This document shows positions 48,738 to 58,518 of a DNA stretch of 64,000 nucleotides, one piece after another. The notes under the pieces were generated by a model. It was not told the DNA's origin and did not search any database. It saw only the letters and a program-made list of their open reading frames with translations. The position numbers and the translations under genes were made by a program. Positions within the stretch are counted from its first letter, which is position 1. Each line of letters opens with the position of its first letter. The DNA lies in the NCBI GenBank assembly GCA_963813535.1, contig CAWEZH010000003.1, positions 512,001-576,000 of the forward strand. The letters run 5' to 3'. Source of the DNA: an uncultured Chloroflexia bacterium (GTDB lineage: Bacteria > Chloroflexota > Limnocylindria > Limnocylindrales > CSP1-4).

Positions 48738-49790
48738 TCAGCGCGGAGGTCGGGAGTACGTTTCGGCGACGAGGACCCGATCCATCTCGTCGAGCTCCTC
48801 GAGCACCACGCCGGTCCCGCGGGCCACGCAGGTCAGCGGGTCATCGGCGATGTGGACCGGCATCTGTGTGGCTTCCGCGATGCGTCGGTCGAGGCCGGCC
48901 AGCAACGCGCCGCCGCCGGCCACGACGATGCCCTGGTCCATGATGTCGGCCACGAGCTCGGGCGGCGTCTCCTCGATCGTGTCCTTGACCGTATCGATGA
49001 TCTGCGCGACGGACGGCTCGATGGCCTCGCGGATCTGGTCGGCGCCGACCTCCACGCTCCGTGGCAGGCCGGTCAGCAGGTCGCGGCCGCGGAGCGTCAC
49101 GCGCTGGGCATCCCACTCGCCCGGGTAGGACGAGCCGATCGCGATCTTGATGTCCTCGGCCGTGCGCTCGCCGAGGAACAGGTTGTACTCGCGCCGGGCG
49201 AACGTGACGATGTCCTGGTCCATCTCGTCGCCACCGATGCGGATCGAGCGGCTCACGACGATGCCGCCGAGCGAGATGACCGCGACCTCCGTCGTCCCGC
49301 CGCCGATGTCGACGATGAGACTGCCCGACGGCTCGCTGACCGGGAGACCTGCACCGATCGCGGCCGCCATCGGCTCTTCGATGAGCCGCGCCCAGCGCGC
49401 CCCCGCGTTGAGAGCCGCGTCGCGGACGGCCCGCTTCTCGACCTCGGTCACACCCGACGGGATGCCGAGCAGCATCCGCGGTCGCGGGATCAGCCCGATA
49501 CGGTCGTGCACGCGGTTCACGAAGTATTTGATCATCTGCTCGGTGACGTCGAAGTCGCTGATGACACCGTCGCGCAGGGGACGCACCGCGATGATGTTCG
49601 CGGGCGTGCGGCCCACCATCCGCTTCGCCTCCGCGCCGATGGCGAGGACGCGCTTCGTCTTCGCGTCGATCGCGACCACCGACGGCTCGCTCATCACGAT
49701 CCCGCGGTCCTTCACGTGGACGAGGGTGTTCGCGGTGCCGAGGTCGATGCCGATGTCGCGGGAAAAGAGGCCGAGCAGGCGGTCGAGCAT
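48738..49790 (-). CDS. mreB: Rod shape-determining protein MreB
   Basis: IGIDLGTANTL, EPSVVA, RPLRDGVI, EEPMAAAIGAGLP, DIGGGTTEVA, GGGALL. Confidence 0.97.
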   Translation of the reverse strand: MLDRLLGLFSRDIGIDLGTANTLVHVKDRGIVMSEPSVVAIDAKTKRVLAIGAEAKRMVGRTPANIIAVRPLRDGVISDFDVTEQMIKYFVNRVHDRIGLIPRPRMLLGIPSGVTEVEKRAVRDAALNAGARWARLIEEPMAAAIGAGLPVSEPSGSLIVDIGGGTTEVAVISLGGIVVSRSIRIGGDEMDQDIVTFARREYNLFLGERTAEDIKIAIGSSYPGEWDAQRVTLRGRDLLTGLPRSVEVGADQIREAIEPSVAQIIDTVKDTIEETPPELVADIMDQGIVVAGGGALLAGLDRRIAEATQMPVHIADDPLTCVARGTGVVLEELDEMDRVLVAETYSRPPR

Positions 49791-49945
49791 GATCGGGGGG
49801 AGGGTCCTCGTGGATCGCCATGGCGGGTCGGGCGTGACGGCAGGCCGGGATGGTGGTCGCGTCGCGCCGGGGATCGGTCGGGATAGGTCGTTCGGGGCCG
49901 GATAGGCCCGCGCAGTCTACCAGAGGCTCCCCGAACGACCGCCGG

Positions 49946-50632
49946 TCAGGAGCCGATGAGCGACGCGCAGAACCCGACGACCGTCCCCAGCGCAGCTCCG
50001 CTGCCGCCCTTCTGATAGGCGAACGGCACGAGCGATGCCGTCAGCATCGCGAGGAGGCCGCCGGCCGCGATCGAGGCCGCCCGGGCTCCCGTGACGGTGT
50101 CGATGTTCGACGCCACGAGCCAGCCGAGGGCCGAGGCCACTCCACAGGCCACGACCACGGCACCCCACATGCCGATCATCCGCCCGACACGCCAACCCGA
50201 GCCGATGAGGTCAGCGGACGGCGCCAGTGCCTGCGGGACGTTGGACACGAACACGGCCGCCAGGAACGCGAGGCTGATCGGGATGCCAGCGGCCAGCTGG
50301 ATGCCGAAGATCAGCGATTCCGGCACGCCGTCGACCACCGAGCCGAGGACGATGCCGAGGGCGCTCCCGGGACCGCCCTCCCCGAACCGCTGCTCGATGA
50401 TGCGATCGGCCACGATGAAGATGCCGGCGCCGACCAGGAACCAGAGCGCGACCTCGGGGCCTGCGATGGCCTCCGGCACGAGGTCGAAGGCGACCGCGCC
50501 GATGAGCGCGCCGGCGCCGATCCCGGCAAGGATCCCGACGATCCGGTCGGGGATGCGCACGACGAACGGCAGGAGACCGCTGAGCAGGAGCGATGACTGG
50601 GCGATCGCGCCCAGGGCGAATGCCTGGAGCAT
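49946..50632 (-). CDS. ZIP-family-like membrane transporter
   Basis: About 7 TM segments; GAGALIGAVAFDLVPEA, DGVPES, SNVPQAL, AAGGLLAML. Confidence 0.75.
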   Translation of the reverse strand: MLQAFALGAIAQSSLLLSGLLPFVVRIPDRIVGILAGIGAGALIGAVAFDLVPEAIAGPEVALWFLVGAGIFIVADRIIEQRFGEGGPGSALGIVLGSVVDGVPESLIFGIQLAAGIPISLAFLAAVFVSNVPQALAPSADLIGSGWRVGRMIGMWGAVVVACGVASALGWLVASNIDTVTGARAASIAAGGLLAMLTASLVPFAYQKGGSGAALGTVVGFCASLIGS

Positions 50633-50644
50633 GACGGCTGAAGG

Positions 50645-51397
50645 CTACTCCGCGACCGGACCGCCACGGGAGGGCGTGGGCCGGTCGAAGGACACCCCGC
50701 GGTCACGAAGGGACACGAAGGCGTCGTGCCCGATGACGAGGTGATCGAGCAGGGCGATGTCGAGCAGCCTGCCGGCCGCCAGCGCCTCCGCCGTCAGATG
50801 GAGATCGTCCGGCGAAGGCGTCGGGTCGCCCGACGGGTGGTTGTGGACGAGGATGACGCTCGCGCCGTTGAGTCGGACGGCATCGCGGAACAGCTCGCCG
50901 ACTCGCACCAGGGAGGCCGAAACGTTGCCCTGGTAGACGGTGGCCACGCGCAGGACATGGTTCTTCGTGTCGAGGATCACGACCCGCAGCTCCTCGCGCT
51001 CGAGCCCGCCCATCTGGAGGATCAGGCGCTCGGCGACGTCGCGCGGACCCCGGATCGTCCATCGCGCAGTGGGCCAGTCGGCAAGCAGCCGGCGACCCAG
51101 TTCGAACGCCGCCACGAGCTGCGCAGCCTTGGCCGCCCCCACGCCGGGGATGGTGGCCAGCTCGATGTCGGTCGCACGGGCGAGTCCGGCCAGGCCATCG
51201 TGCGCGGCGAGGGCGTCGGTCGCCAGCTCGACGGCCGAACGGCCGCGGACCCCGCTTCCCCACAGCAGCGCGATCAGCTCCGCTGTGGTGAGCCCGCCGG
51301 CGCCGCGGAGGGCGAGCCGCTCCCGCGGCCGCTCCGCCTCGGGTAGCTCGCGGATGGCGTGGCCGGTCGCGCGCGGCGAACGGCTGGGCTCGGGCAC
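50645..51397 (-). CDS. radC: RadC (UPF0758) JAB-domain protein
   Basis: ERPRERL, HhH GVGAAKA, HNHPSGDPTPSPDD, LLDHLVIG. Confidence 0.95.
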   Translation of the reverse strand: MPEPSRSPRATGHAIRELPEAERPRERLALRGAGGLTTAELIALLWGSGVRGRSAVELATDALAAHDGLAGLARATDIELATIPGVGAAKAAQLVAAFELGRRLLADWPTARWTIRGPRDVAERLILQMGGLEREELRVVILDTKNHVLRVATVYQGNVSASLVRVGELFRDAVRLNGASVILVHNHPSGDPTPSPDDLHLTAEALAAGRLLDIALLDHLVIGHDAFVSLRDRGVSFDRPTPSRGGPVAE

Positions 51398-51501
51398 GTC
51401 GGCCTCCGGCTCGGGGTGATGTCCTGCATCGGGGTCCCCGCGGCCCGGACGACGAGAGCCCGCCGATTCCTCCCGCCGTCCTGACCTCGGGGACGTGACC
51501 G

Positions 51502-51562
51502 AGCCTACGGAGGCGACCTCATCGGAGACTCACCGACGGGTCATCGGTGGCTCGCCGACGGG
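51502..51562 (-). promoter_or_regulatory. Tandem 22-bp palindromic repeats plus -10 box TAGGCT upstream of radC
   Basis: tcatcggagactcaccgacggg (51519-51540) and tcatcggtggctcgccgacggg (51541-51562) are 19/22 identical; minus-strand TAGGCT at 51502-51507. Confidence 0.6.
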
Positions 51563-51569
51563 CAGCCGG

Positions 51570-52571
51570 TCAGGCCGGAGGCACGCCGAACCGGTAGGCC
51601 GCTTCCGCGAGCACGAGCAGGATCCCGTTGAACGCCGCATGCAGACCGAGCGGTGCCCAGATCGTCCCGGTCCGAGCGAACAGCCAGCCGAGCGCCAGCG
51701 CGACCGGGATCCGCCCGGCAAAGGCCGCGAATGCCACACCGATCGCCTGGCCGGCCTCCGCGCCGCTGATGGTGAGGACGTGGACGACTGCGAAGAACAG
51801 CGCGCCGCGGATCAGCCCGCGCCACTTGCCCATGTCGGCCATCCACGCGGTCGTCGCCAGGCCGCGGAACATGATCTCCTCGCTGAGCGGGGCGATCAGG
51901 ACCCCGGCCAGCAGGTTGGCAACGAGTCCACCCAGGTCGCCGGCCGGTGGCAGGGGGCTTTCGGGCGGGACCGGCAACAGCCGGGTGACGATCACCGCGA
52001 CCGGGATGGTGACCGCGATGACGGGCAGGGCCCAGACCATCCCCAGCCCCAGGTCCCCGATCGAGGCGGACGTCGGGCGGGTGATGCCCATCTGCCGCCA
52101 CGACAGGGCCCCGCTGTCGACGACGAGGAGCCGGATCAGCCCGATGTAGACGACCGCCTGGAGCAAGACGGAGGTCAGCCGCCCGAGCGGTCCATCGACC
52201 GGGATCCCGATCGCATCGAAGAGCGCCCCCACCCCGATGAGCAACAGCCCGCTGATCGGGATCCCTGCGGCGAAGACCAGGAACGGCGACGGGCCGGTAT
52301 ACGCACGTCCACCGCGAGCCTTGCGCTCGATGGCCTGACCGCCGGCCCCGGCGACGAGACCGACCGAGAGGACGACCAGCGCGCCGATGAGCAGGATCGT
52401 GCCCGGCCCGCCCGGACCGGACATCGCAGCGACGACGATCGCGCCGAGTCCGAATAGCGTCGCGAGCCAGCCGAGCACGAACAGGCCGGGCGCGGCACGG
52501 CCCTCGATCGTGAAGGTCGACGCGCCGGGTCGCTGGGGCGGTTCGGGTGACTCGGGCGGCTGTGCCGTCAC
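51570..52571 (-). CDS. CPBP (Abi/CAAX) intramembrane glutamic endopeptidase
   Basis: APLSEEIMFRG, FAVVH, HAAFN motifs; multiple TM segments. Confidence 0.92.
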   Translation of the reverse strand: MTAQPPESPEPPQRPGASTFTIEGRAAPGLFVLGWLATLFGLGAIVVAAMSGPGGPGTILLIGALVVLSVGLVAGAGGQAIERKARGGRAYTGPSPFLVFAAGIPISGLLLIGVGALFDAIGIPVDGPLGRLTSVLLQAVVYIGLIRLLVVDSGALSWRQMGITRPTSASIGDLGLGMVWALPVIAVTIPVAVIVTRLLPVPPESPLPPAGDLGGLVANLLAGVLIAPLSEEIMFRGLATTAWMADMGKWRGLIRGALFFAVVHVLTISGAEAGQAIGVAFAAFAGRIPVALALGWLFARTGTIWAPLGLHAAFNGILLVLAEAAYRFGVPPA

Positions 52572-53227
52572 CGCTCGGGCAGCGGGTCCCCCGCGGTCGA
52601 CGGGCGCTGGCGCCCGCCACGCGATCGGACGGAGCGCTGCATCGCCGACGGCAGCGCCGACGGGGCCGCGGCACCCGGACTTGCGATCCGGCCGGTCTGC
52701 TCGTTGCCGGACGGTAGCGGCTGGATCATGCCGGCCGCGACGACCTCACGTCGCTCGAAGTCCTTGCCGCACCACGCGCACAACGACCAATCGAGACCGA
52801 CCAATCGCGAACAGTTGGGGCAGACACGGTTCAGGCGGGTGCGGCACGACGGGCAGATGATCCATTCCTCGTCGACCCGCCGTTCGCAGGTCGGACAATG
52901 GTGGACCGACTCGACCTCGTTGAGGAGCGCTTCCTCGGCCAGGTTCCTCTCCCAGACCTCGCCGATCTTCTCGTGCGGCCGGATGATCTTGTAGACCCAG
53001 ATCGCGAGGAAGAAGAGGAATGGCGTGAAGAGGATGATCCCGGCCGCGACGACGTACGGGAGGATCGCGTTGTCCGAGCGCTGCTGCATGTCCCGGAAGG
53101 CCCAATAGGCCGACGCGATCCAGAGGATCACCAGGTAGACGAAGATCAGGCGGCCGGCGAACTGGACGACTTGGCTCTGGACGATGTCATCGATCGTCTG
53201 GCCGATACCCTCGAGGATCTGATCCAT
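52568..53227 (-). CDS. Membrane protein with double zinc ribbon
   Basis: Two TM segments, then CPTC..CPSC..CPNC..CAWC. Confidence 0.85.
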   Translation of the reverse strand: MDQILEGIGQTIDDIVQSQVVQFAGRLIFVYLVILWIASAYWAFRDMQQRSDNAILPYVVAAGIILFTPFLFFLAIWVYKIIRPHEKIGEVWERNLAEEALLNEVESVHHCPTCERRVDEEWIICPSCRTRLNRVCPNCSRLVGLDWSLCAWCGKDFERREVVAAGMIQPLPSGNEQTGRIASPGAAAPSALPSAMQRSVRSRGGRQRPSTAGDPLPER

Positions 53228-53266
53228 GCGCCGGGGCTTGCCTCCGTTCGGTGCTGCTCGCGGGGC

Positions 53267-53287
53267 AGTGTAGCAGGGGTACCCCTG
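53267..53287 (-). promoter_or_regulatory. Extended -10 (TGcTACACT) abutting the perfect palindrome CAGGGGTACCCCTG
   Basis: Palindrome at 53274-53287; minus-strand TACACT at 53267-53272. Confidence 0.55.
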
Positions 53288-53335
53288 TTTTCCGGTCGTG
53301 CCGACAGGCCAGCGACGAGTCCGCGGAGGTCCGTC

Positions 53336-54397
53336 TCAGACGGGGCGGGCACCCTCGACGTGACGGTCGGTGATGAGTGCCAGCAGTCCCGAGACGGCCA
53401 GTCCAGCCGCACCGACCGCGGCGATCAGTGCGCCCGGACCCGTCCCGAGGGCCGGCAGCGCCAGGTACGGCCACACGAGACCGAGGAGCAGGGCGCCGAC
53501 GCCAAGGCCGGCGAGCCCGGATCGGATCCACGTCGGGATCGGGTTCTGGACCAGCGACAGGGCGAGGAGGACCAGGACTGCCCCCGCCACGACCGCGTGC
53601 CACGGGCCGGCGAGACCCCAGCGACCGAAGTAGCCCGAGTCGTTCGAGCCGATCACCACGAGGCCCCACGGCAGGAGGAAGCCCACGGCCGCGAATGCCG
53701 CACCGGCGACCGACAGCCACCGGACGAATTCGAGCTTCGCGTGCCCGTCGGGATCCACCGCGGTTCGCGCCTGGGTACCGATCTGGCTCGCGGCGGCGCC
53801 GACGATCGCCTCGGAGCTGTGACCGGCCCAGGCTCGCGCGGGCGCGGCCAGTCCGGCCGACGCGGTCGCGATCGGCAGTGGCGGGACATACGCACCGGGT
53901 TCGACGAACGCTGCGGCCCCCGGATGGGGCTGCGGGACGGCGGGTCGGGGAAGGTATGCGGGCGTCGGGCCGCCCGACAGGCTGGCGGCGCCGACCTGCC
54001 AGGGCGGCGTCACCATCGAGCCCAGACCGGTGTCGGTCTCGACGTCCGCGGTGTCGTCGGACGTGACGTCCGGGACGTCGTCACGCGGCGTCGATCCGGC
54101 AACGGGGCGCTCCATGTCAGGACCGGGGTCGGCGGCCGCGTGATCCGCCCCGTTCGCCCCATCGTGGGTCGCGGCGTCGAGCGACAGCTGACCATCGACC
54201 ACCGGTGTCGTGGCCACAGCGGACGGCATGTCGTAGAGGACGTCGGTGATCGGGGTGCGCCTGGCCGCCGCCTTCGAGCCACGCCGACTGCCGGCAACGG
54301 ACGCGAGCAGCTCTCCGCATGACGGGCACGACAGGCGCCCATACGGGACATCCGCTGCGCATGCTCCGCAGGCGATCGACTGCGCGGTCATCTCCAC
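53336..54397 (-). CDS. Hypothetical protein: N-terminal zinc ribbon, disordered linker, 4-TM C-terminus
   Basis: CGAC...CPSC; acidic/Pro-rich middle; FLLPW-initiated TM bundle. Confidence 0.75.
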   Translation of the reverse strand: MEMTAQSIACGACAADVPYGRLSCPSCGELLASVAGSRRGSKAAARRTPITDVLYDMPSAVATTPVVDGQLSLDAATHDGANGADHAAADPGPDMERPVAGSTPRDDVPDVTSDDTADVETDTGLGSMVTPPWQVGAASLSGGPTPAYLPRPAVPQPHPGAAAFVEPGAYVPPLPIATASAGLAAPARAWAGHSSEAIVGAAASQIGTQARTAVDPDGHAKLEFVRWLSVAGAAFAAVGFLLPWGLVVIGSNDSGYFGRWGLAGPWHAVVAGAVLVLLALSLVQNPIPTWIRSGLAGLGVGALLLGLVWPYLALPALGTGPGALIAAVGAAGLAVSGLLALITDRHVEGARPV

Positions 54398-54439
54398 CTC
54401 GTGTGCCTACTCGACCCGCCGCGTGCGTGCAGGGGTGGC

Positions 54440-55420
54440 TCACGGTGCCAGACGACCGACGTGCCTTCTAGTCCCCCGTCCGGGTGGCAGTGACTCCCCC
54501 GAACGTCCCGTCCGCCCTCGAAGGGTCGCCGCGTCGACCGTCCAGATCGCCGTACGCCATGCCGTGGTCAAGCCGATCAGGACGAGGCCGCCGGCGAACA
54601 TCCCCACGAACAGCACGAGCGCCACCCACGCCTCCAGGGATGGATCACCTGCGTCGAGCGCGCCCCGGAGCCCGCTCCAGGTCACGCTCGCCGCGAATCC
54701 AGTCGTGCCCAGCACCGCCAGCAGGACCACTCCGGAGATGATCGCGATGGCGATCGGACGAATCGGCGCGTGCACCAGCCGGCTCACTGCTCCACGAACG
54801 GCCTCGCGCACGCTGTCCGCTGAGAGGATCACCCGCCGCGCGGCCATCGCCCCGACGGTCTCCGCGACGAGCCATGTGGCGATGACCGCCAGGACCGCAT
54901 CGGGTGCCCCGCCGACGATGCGCCACGCGGCTGGCGTGGATACGTCCGTCGGCGCGGTGAGCTCGCGGTAGCCGACACCCACCAGCCGGATGGCCGCCCA
55001 ACCCAGCGCGAGCACCAGCGGCACGAGCGCCAGGAGCCGCACGGTGAGCACGCGCCACGCGACATGCCGGCGCGGAGGTGAGGTCTGACTCTCGGGCGCG
55101 ATCACCTCGGCGAGGCGCCGGACGGCCTCGACTTCGGTGGCGGCCGCGAGGATCCCGCCACCGACGAGCCACACCAGGCCGGCGGCGAGAGCGCCGGCAC
55201 CGACCGTCAGGACCTCGGCCGTCCGCCGTCCGAAAGCGACGTCCTCCAGCAGCGGTGCGATCACGTTCGCCGCGCCGACGGCCGTGGGCAACACGACGAT
55301 GGGAGCGAGCACGAACAACCAGCCGCCACGGATCAGGAAACCGACCAGCGCGAGGAGCCAGGTCGAGGACCGTTCGAGGGCCGCGAGGAACGCGGCGGTC
55401 AGCGTCGCTCCGAGGCTCAC
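54440..55420 (-). CDS. Hypothetical multi-pass membrane protein
   Basis: About 6 hydrophobic segments; GTGA-coupled to the UPF0182 gene. Confidence 0.75.
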   Translation of the reverse strand: MSLGATLTAAFLAALERSSTWLLALVGFLIRGGWLFVLAPIVVLPTAVGAANVIAPLLEDVAFGRRTAEVLTVGAGALAAGLVWLVGGGILAAATEVEAVRRLAEVIAPESQTSPPRRHVAWRVLTVRLLALVPLVLALGWAAIRLVGVGYRELTAPTDVSTPAAWRIVGGAPDAVLAVIATWLVAETVGAMAARRVILSADSVREAVRGAVSRLVHAPIRPIAIAIISGVVLLAVLGTTGFAASVTWSGLRGALDAGDPSLEAWVALVLFVGMFAGGLVLIGLTTAWRTAIWTVDAATLRGRTGRSGESLPPGRGTRRHVGRLAP

Positions 55421-58400
55421 GGCACCGGTGACGGGGATGTCAGCCCAGGGGCCAGCTCGTTGAGGCGCTGCAAGGCGGCTTCGACGTTGGCGATCTCCTC
55501 GCCGTACAGCGCGAAGTCGCCGTCGCGCAAGGCTGCCTGGGCCAACTCGAAATGCTCGTTCGCGAACGTGACGAGTCCGGGCACGTCGGCCGGCAGGCCG
55601 TCCGGTCCCACGCTCGGGGACGGCCCGGGTGTCGGCGTCGGTGGGGTGGTCGGCGTCGGCGTCGGCGCCGGTGGGGTCGTCGGCGCCTCGCCTTCGGCCT
55701 CGAGCAGCAGGTCCAGCGCCTCACCCAGCGTCTCGGCCCAGACGACTTGTCTCGGGGACGCGACGATGATCCGCTGGAACTCGGGGAAGGCCGACTGCTG
55801 CGACTGCAGGTAGACCGGCTGTAGGTAGATCAGCGAATCGTCGACCGGCACGACGATGAGGTTGCCCTGGATGACCGTGCTGCCGCCCTGGCTCCACAGC
55901 GTGAACTGCTGGCTGATGAGCGGGTCCTGGACGATGCGTGCCTCGATCTGGGCGGGTCCGAAGATCGAGGTGTCTGACGGGAAGCGATAGACGCGCGTGG
56001 CGCCGTAGTTCGGCTCGTCCATGCGCGCCGCGACCCACGAGATCATGTTCGGGCGGTTCAGCGGGACCATCGGCTGGAGCAACAGGAACTCTGCTTCCGG
56101 CTCGCCGGGCATCCGCATGATCACGTAGTACGCCTCGGACGGAAGGCTCTGGGTGCTGCCCTGAGCCTGCGGCACGGTCCACAGGTCGTCGCTCGAGAAG
56201 AACGACAGCGGGTTCGTGACGTGGTACCGCCCGAACATGCGGGTCTGGACGTTGAACAGTTCCTCAGGGACGCGCACGTGCTCGGTCAGGTCCGCCGGGA
56301 GCGTTTCGATCGGCCGGAACAGGTCCGGGAAGATCCTGGCCCAGGCCCGGATCAGCGGGTCAGCATCGTCCGCGATGTAGAAGGCCATCGTGCCGTCGTA
56401 GGCGTCCATCGTGATCTTGACGCTGTTGCGGATGTAGTTGAACGGGTCGTTGCCGAGACCAGTCGCCTCGAACCCGCGCGGGTCGAACTCCTGGGCGTGG
56501 GGGAAGCGGTCCGACATCGTGTAGGCGTCCTGCACGTACAGCAGTCGCCCGCTCCCGTCGATGACCAAGTACGGGTCCTTGTCGTACGCAAGGAACGGCG
56601 CGATGCGCGGGATGCGGTCGGCCAGGGAGCGGTGCATGAGCAGCTGGCTCTCGGCCGTCACCTGGTCGCTGATGAACAGGTCGAGGTCACGGAACCGGGC
56701 CGCGAACAGCAGACGCATGAGCGTGCTGCCGATCGAGATGCCGGTCTTGCCGCTCCATCGCGTCTCCGTGCCGGTCTCGCTACCGGCGTCGCTCTCGCCG
56801 GTCGGGATGTCGAATTCGGCCTGGCGGGCGCCGGTGATGATGTAGTCGCTCGGCCGCTCGCCGAAGTAGATCCGGGGCTGGGTGATCTCGGGCGCACCGT
56901 CGCTCGACACCGGCGGCAGGTTGCGGATGAACAGCCGTGGCTGCCCCTCGTTCGCGACCTCGTTGACCGGCACCATCGCGGCGCCGATGCCGTGCGTGTA
57001 GATGATCCGCTGGTTCACGAAGCCGACGGCAGCCGGGTTCTGCTCCAGGGCGAGCTCGCGGGCCGACAGCATCACCTGGCGCTGGACGCCCTCGATGTCG
57101 TAACGGTCGGTGTCGACGTCGACGAAGTCGTAGTAGCGGCGGACGCGCTGGAGCTGGTCGAGCGTGGCCCCCAGCGGTCGGTAGTCCCACAGCCGGGCGT
57201 TACGGAACGTGTCGGCCTCCGCCTCGATCGCGGCGGCGTCGAGCCGCTCCTCGCCCTGGAACGACCTGAGATCCCACGCGTCAAGCCCGAAGGCCACCCG
57301 GGTCATCGCGATGTTGTTCGCGATGTAGCGCTCCTCCTGGGCGAACTGATTCGGCTGGACGGTCAGCCGCTGGATCGCCTCGGGATACAGCCGCCCGATG
57401 AGCAGCGACGCGATGAACCACAGCCCGATCGTCAGACCGAGCGGCCACAGCATCCGCGTGAACGCCCCGCCGACGAGCAGGGCGGCGGCCAGCCCGGACA
57501 GGACCGTGAGGACGTCGTAGGCGACGAACTGGGCGTTCTGGTCGGTGAACGACACGCCGGTGGCGATGCCCCGCGTGCTGTACGCGAGCTCGTACTTGTC
57601 GAGCTGGTAACCGAACGCGATCGACAGGAGCAACAACCCGGCGAGCACGCCCAGGTGGACGCGGATCGGGGTCGTGAACTCGAGCTCGCCGCGTGACGCC
57701 GCCACGAGGTAGCGCACGCCGACGGCGAGCAGGCTGGCGATGACGATGCCGTTGAACAGCGACTGGATCAGGCGCAGGAACGGAAGCTCGAACAGGAAGA
57801 ACCCGATGTCGCGGCCGAACACGGGATCGACCACGGGAGCCGCTGGGTCCAGCGAGAACGGCACGCGGTTGGCCCAGAGCAGGATCGTCGACCACGATGC
57901 CGCGACGGACGCGCCGATCGTCAGCGCGACGAGGATCGCCAGTCCCGCGAGGGCCACCCCGGCGATCGGCGTGAGATCCGGGATGTCATCTGGTCCGAAC
58001 GTGACGGTCCGCGCACCGCCGCCGTTCCCCGGGCCGCCGGTTCGCCGGGGGTCCGCCGCATCGTTGAGACGTTCGAACCAATCCCGGAACGGACTCCGGC
58101 CGGTACCCATCCCGCGTGTCTGCCGGGTGGCGATGGCGACGTTGAGCATCACGATCACGAGCGCGCCGATCGCCGCGACCAGGAACAGGCCGACCTGGGC
58201 GGTGAGCCGGGTCCAGAACACCGAGTCGAACTGGACGCTCTGGAACCACAGCGCGTCGGTCCATAGTTCGAGCCCGAAGCTGACGGCAAGGATCAGGGCG
58301 AAGATCACCAGCCCGGTCACCACCCAGGCGGGGCCCGATCGCCCGACCCGCCGTCGGCGGGCGGACGGCTTGCGCGGCGGCCCGTCGTCGTCCGGGTTCG

Positions 58401-58509
58401 GACCGACCGGCTTGGCGCGTCGCGGGGCCTCGGCGTCGGGGTCCTCGCCACGAGCGATCGCCTCTCGCCGGCGGAGCTCCTCGAGGAAGTCGTCGAACAG
58501 GTCTCGCAT
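55417..58509 (-). CDS. UPF0182 family membrane protein
   Basis: WTDALWF, DPVFGRDIGFFLFELPF, NARLWD, YDFVDVDTDRY, YTHG, PRIYFGE, NYIRNSVK, GNLIVVP, QPVYLQ. Confidence 0.95.
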   Translation of the reverse strand: MRDLFDDFLEELRRREAIARGEDPDAEAPRRAKPVGPNPDDDGPPRKPSARRRRVGRSGPAWVVTGLVIFALILAVSFGLELWTDALWFQSVQFDSVFWTRLTAQVGLFLVAAIGALVIVMLNVAIATRQTRGMGTGRSPFRDWFERLNDAADPRRTGGPGNGGGARTVTFGPDDIPDLTPIAGVALAGLAILVALTIGASVAASWSTILLWANRVPFSLDPAAPVVDPVFGRDIGFFLFELPFLRLIQSLFNGIVIASLLAVGVRYLVAASRGELEFTTPIRVHLGVLAGLLLLSIAFGYQLDKYELAYSTRGIATGVSFTDQNAQFVAYDVLTVLSGLAAALLVGGAFTRMLWPLGLTIGLWFIASLLIGRLYPEAIQRLTVQPNQFAQEERYIANNIAMTRVAFGLDAWDLRSFQGEERLDAAAIEAEADTFRNARLWDYRPLGATLDQLQRVRRYYDFVDVDTDRYDIEGVQRQVMLSARELALEQNPAAVGFVNQRIIYTHGIGAAMVPVNEVANEGQPRLFIRNLPPVSSDGAPEITQPRIYFGERPSDYIITGARQAEFDIPTGESDAGSETGTETRWSGKTGISIGSTLMRLLFAARFRDLDLFISDQVTAESQLLMHRSLADRIPRIAPFLAYDKDPYLVIDGSGRLLYVQDAYTMSDRFPHAQEFDPRGFEATGLGNDPFNYIRNSVKITMDAYDGTMAFYIADDADPLIRAWARIFPDLFRPIETLPADLTEHVRVPEELFNVQTRMFGRYHVTNPLSFFSSDDLWTVPQAQGSTQSLPSEAYYVIMRMPGEPEAEFLLLQPMVPLNRPNMISWVAARMDEPNYGATRVYRFPSDTSIFGPAQIEARIVQDPLISQQFTLWSQGGSTVIQGNLIVVPVDDSLIYLQPVYLQSQQSAFPEFQRIIVASPRQVVWAETLGEALDLLLEAEGEAPTTPPAPTPTPTTPPTPTPGPSPSVGPDGLPADVPGLVTFANEHFELAQAALRDGDFALYGEEIANVEAALQRLNELAPGLTSPSPVP

Positions 58510-58518
58510 CGGGTCTCG

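Noticed and set aside
50645-51397. radC as a marker of a mobile element or anti-defence JAB system
   Set aside because: Full-length chromosomal type with HhH region next to mreBC; no integrase, E1/E2, CBASS or transposase genes nearby
51570-52571. CPBP/Abi protein as phage abortive infection or bacteriocin immunity
   Set aside because: The Abi name is historical; no bacteriocin precursor or defence genes are adjacent
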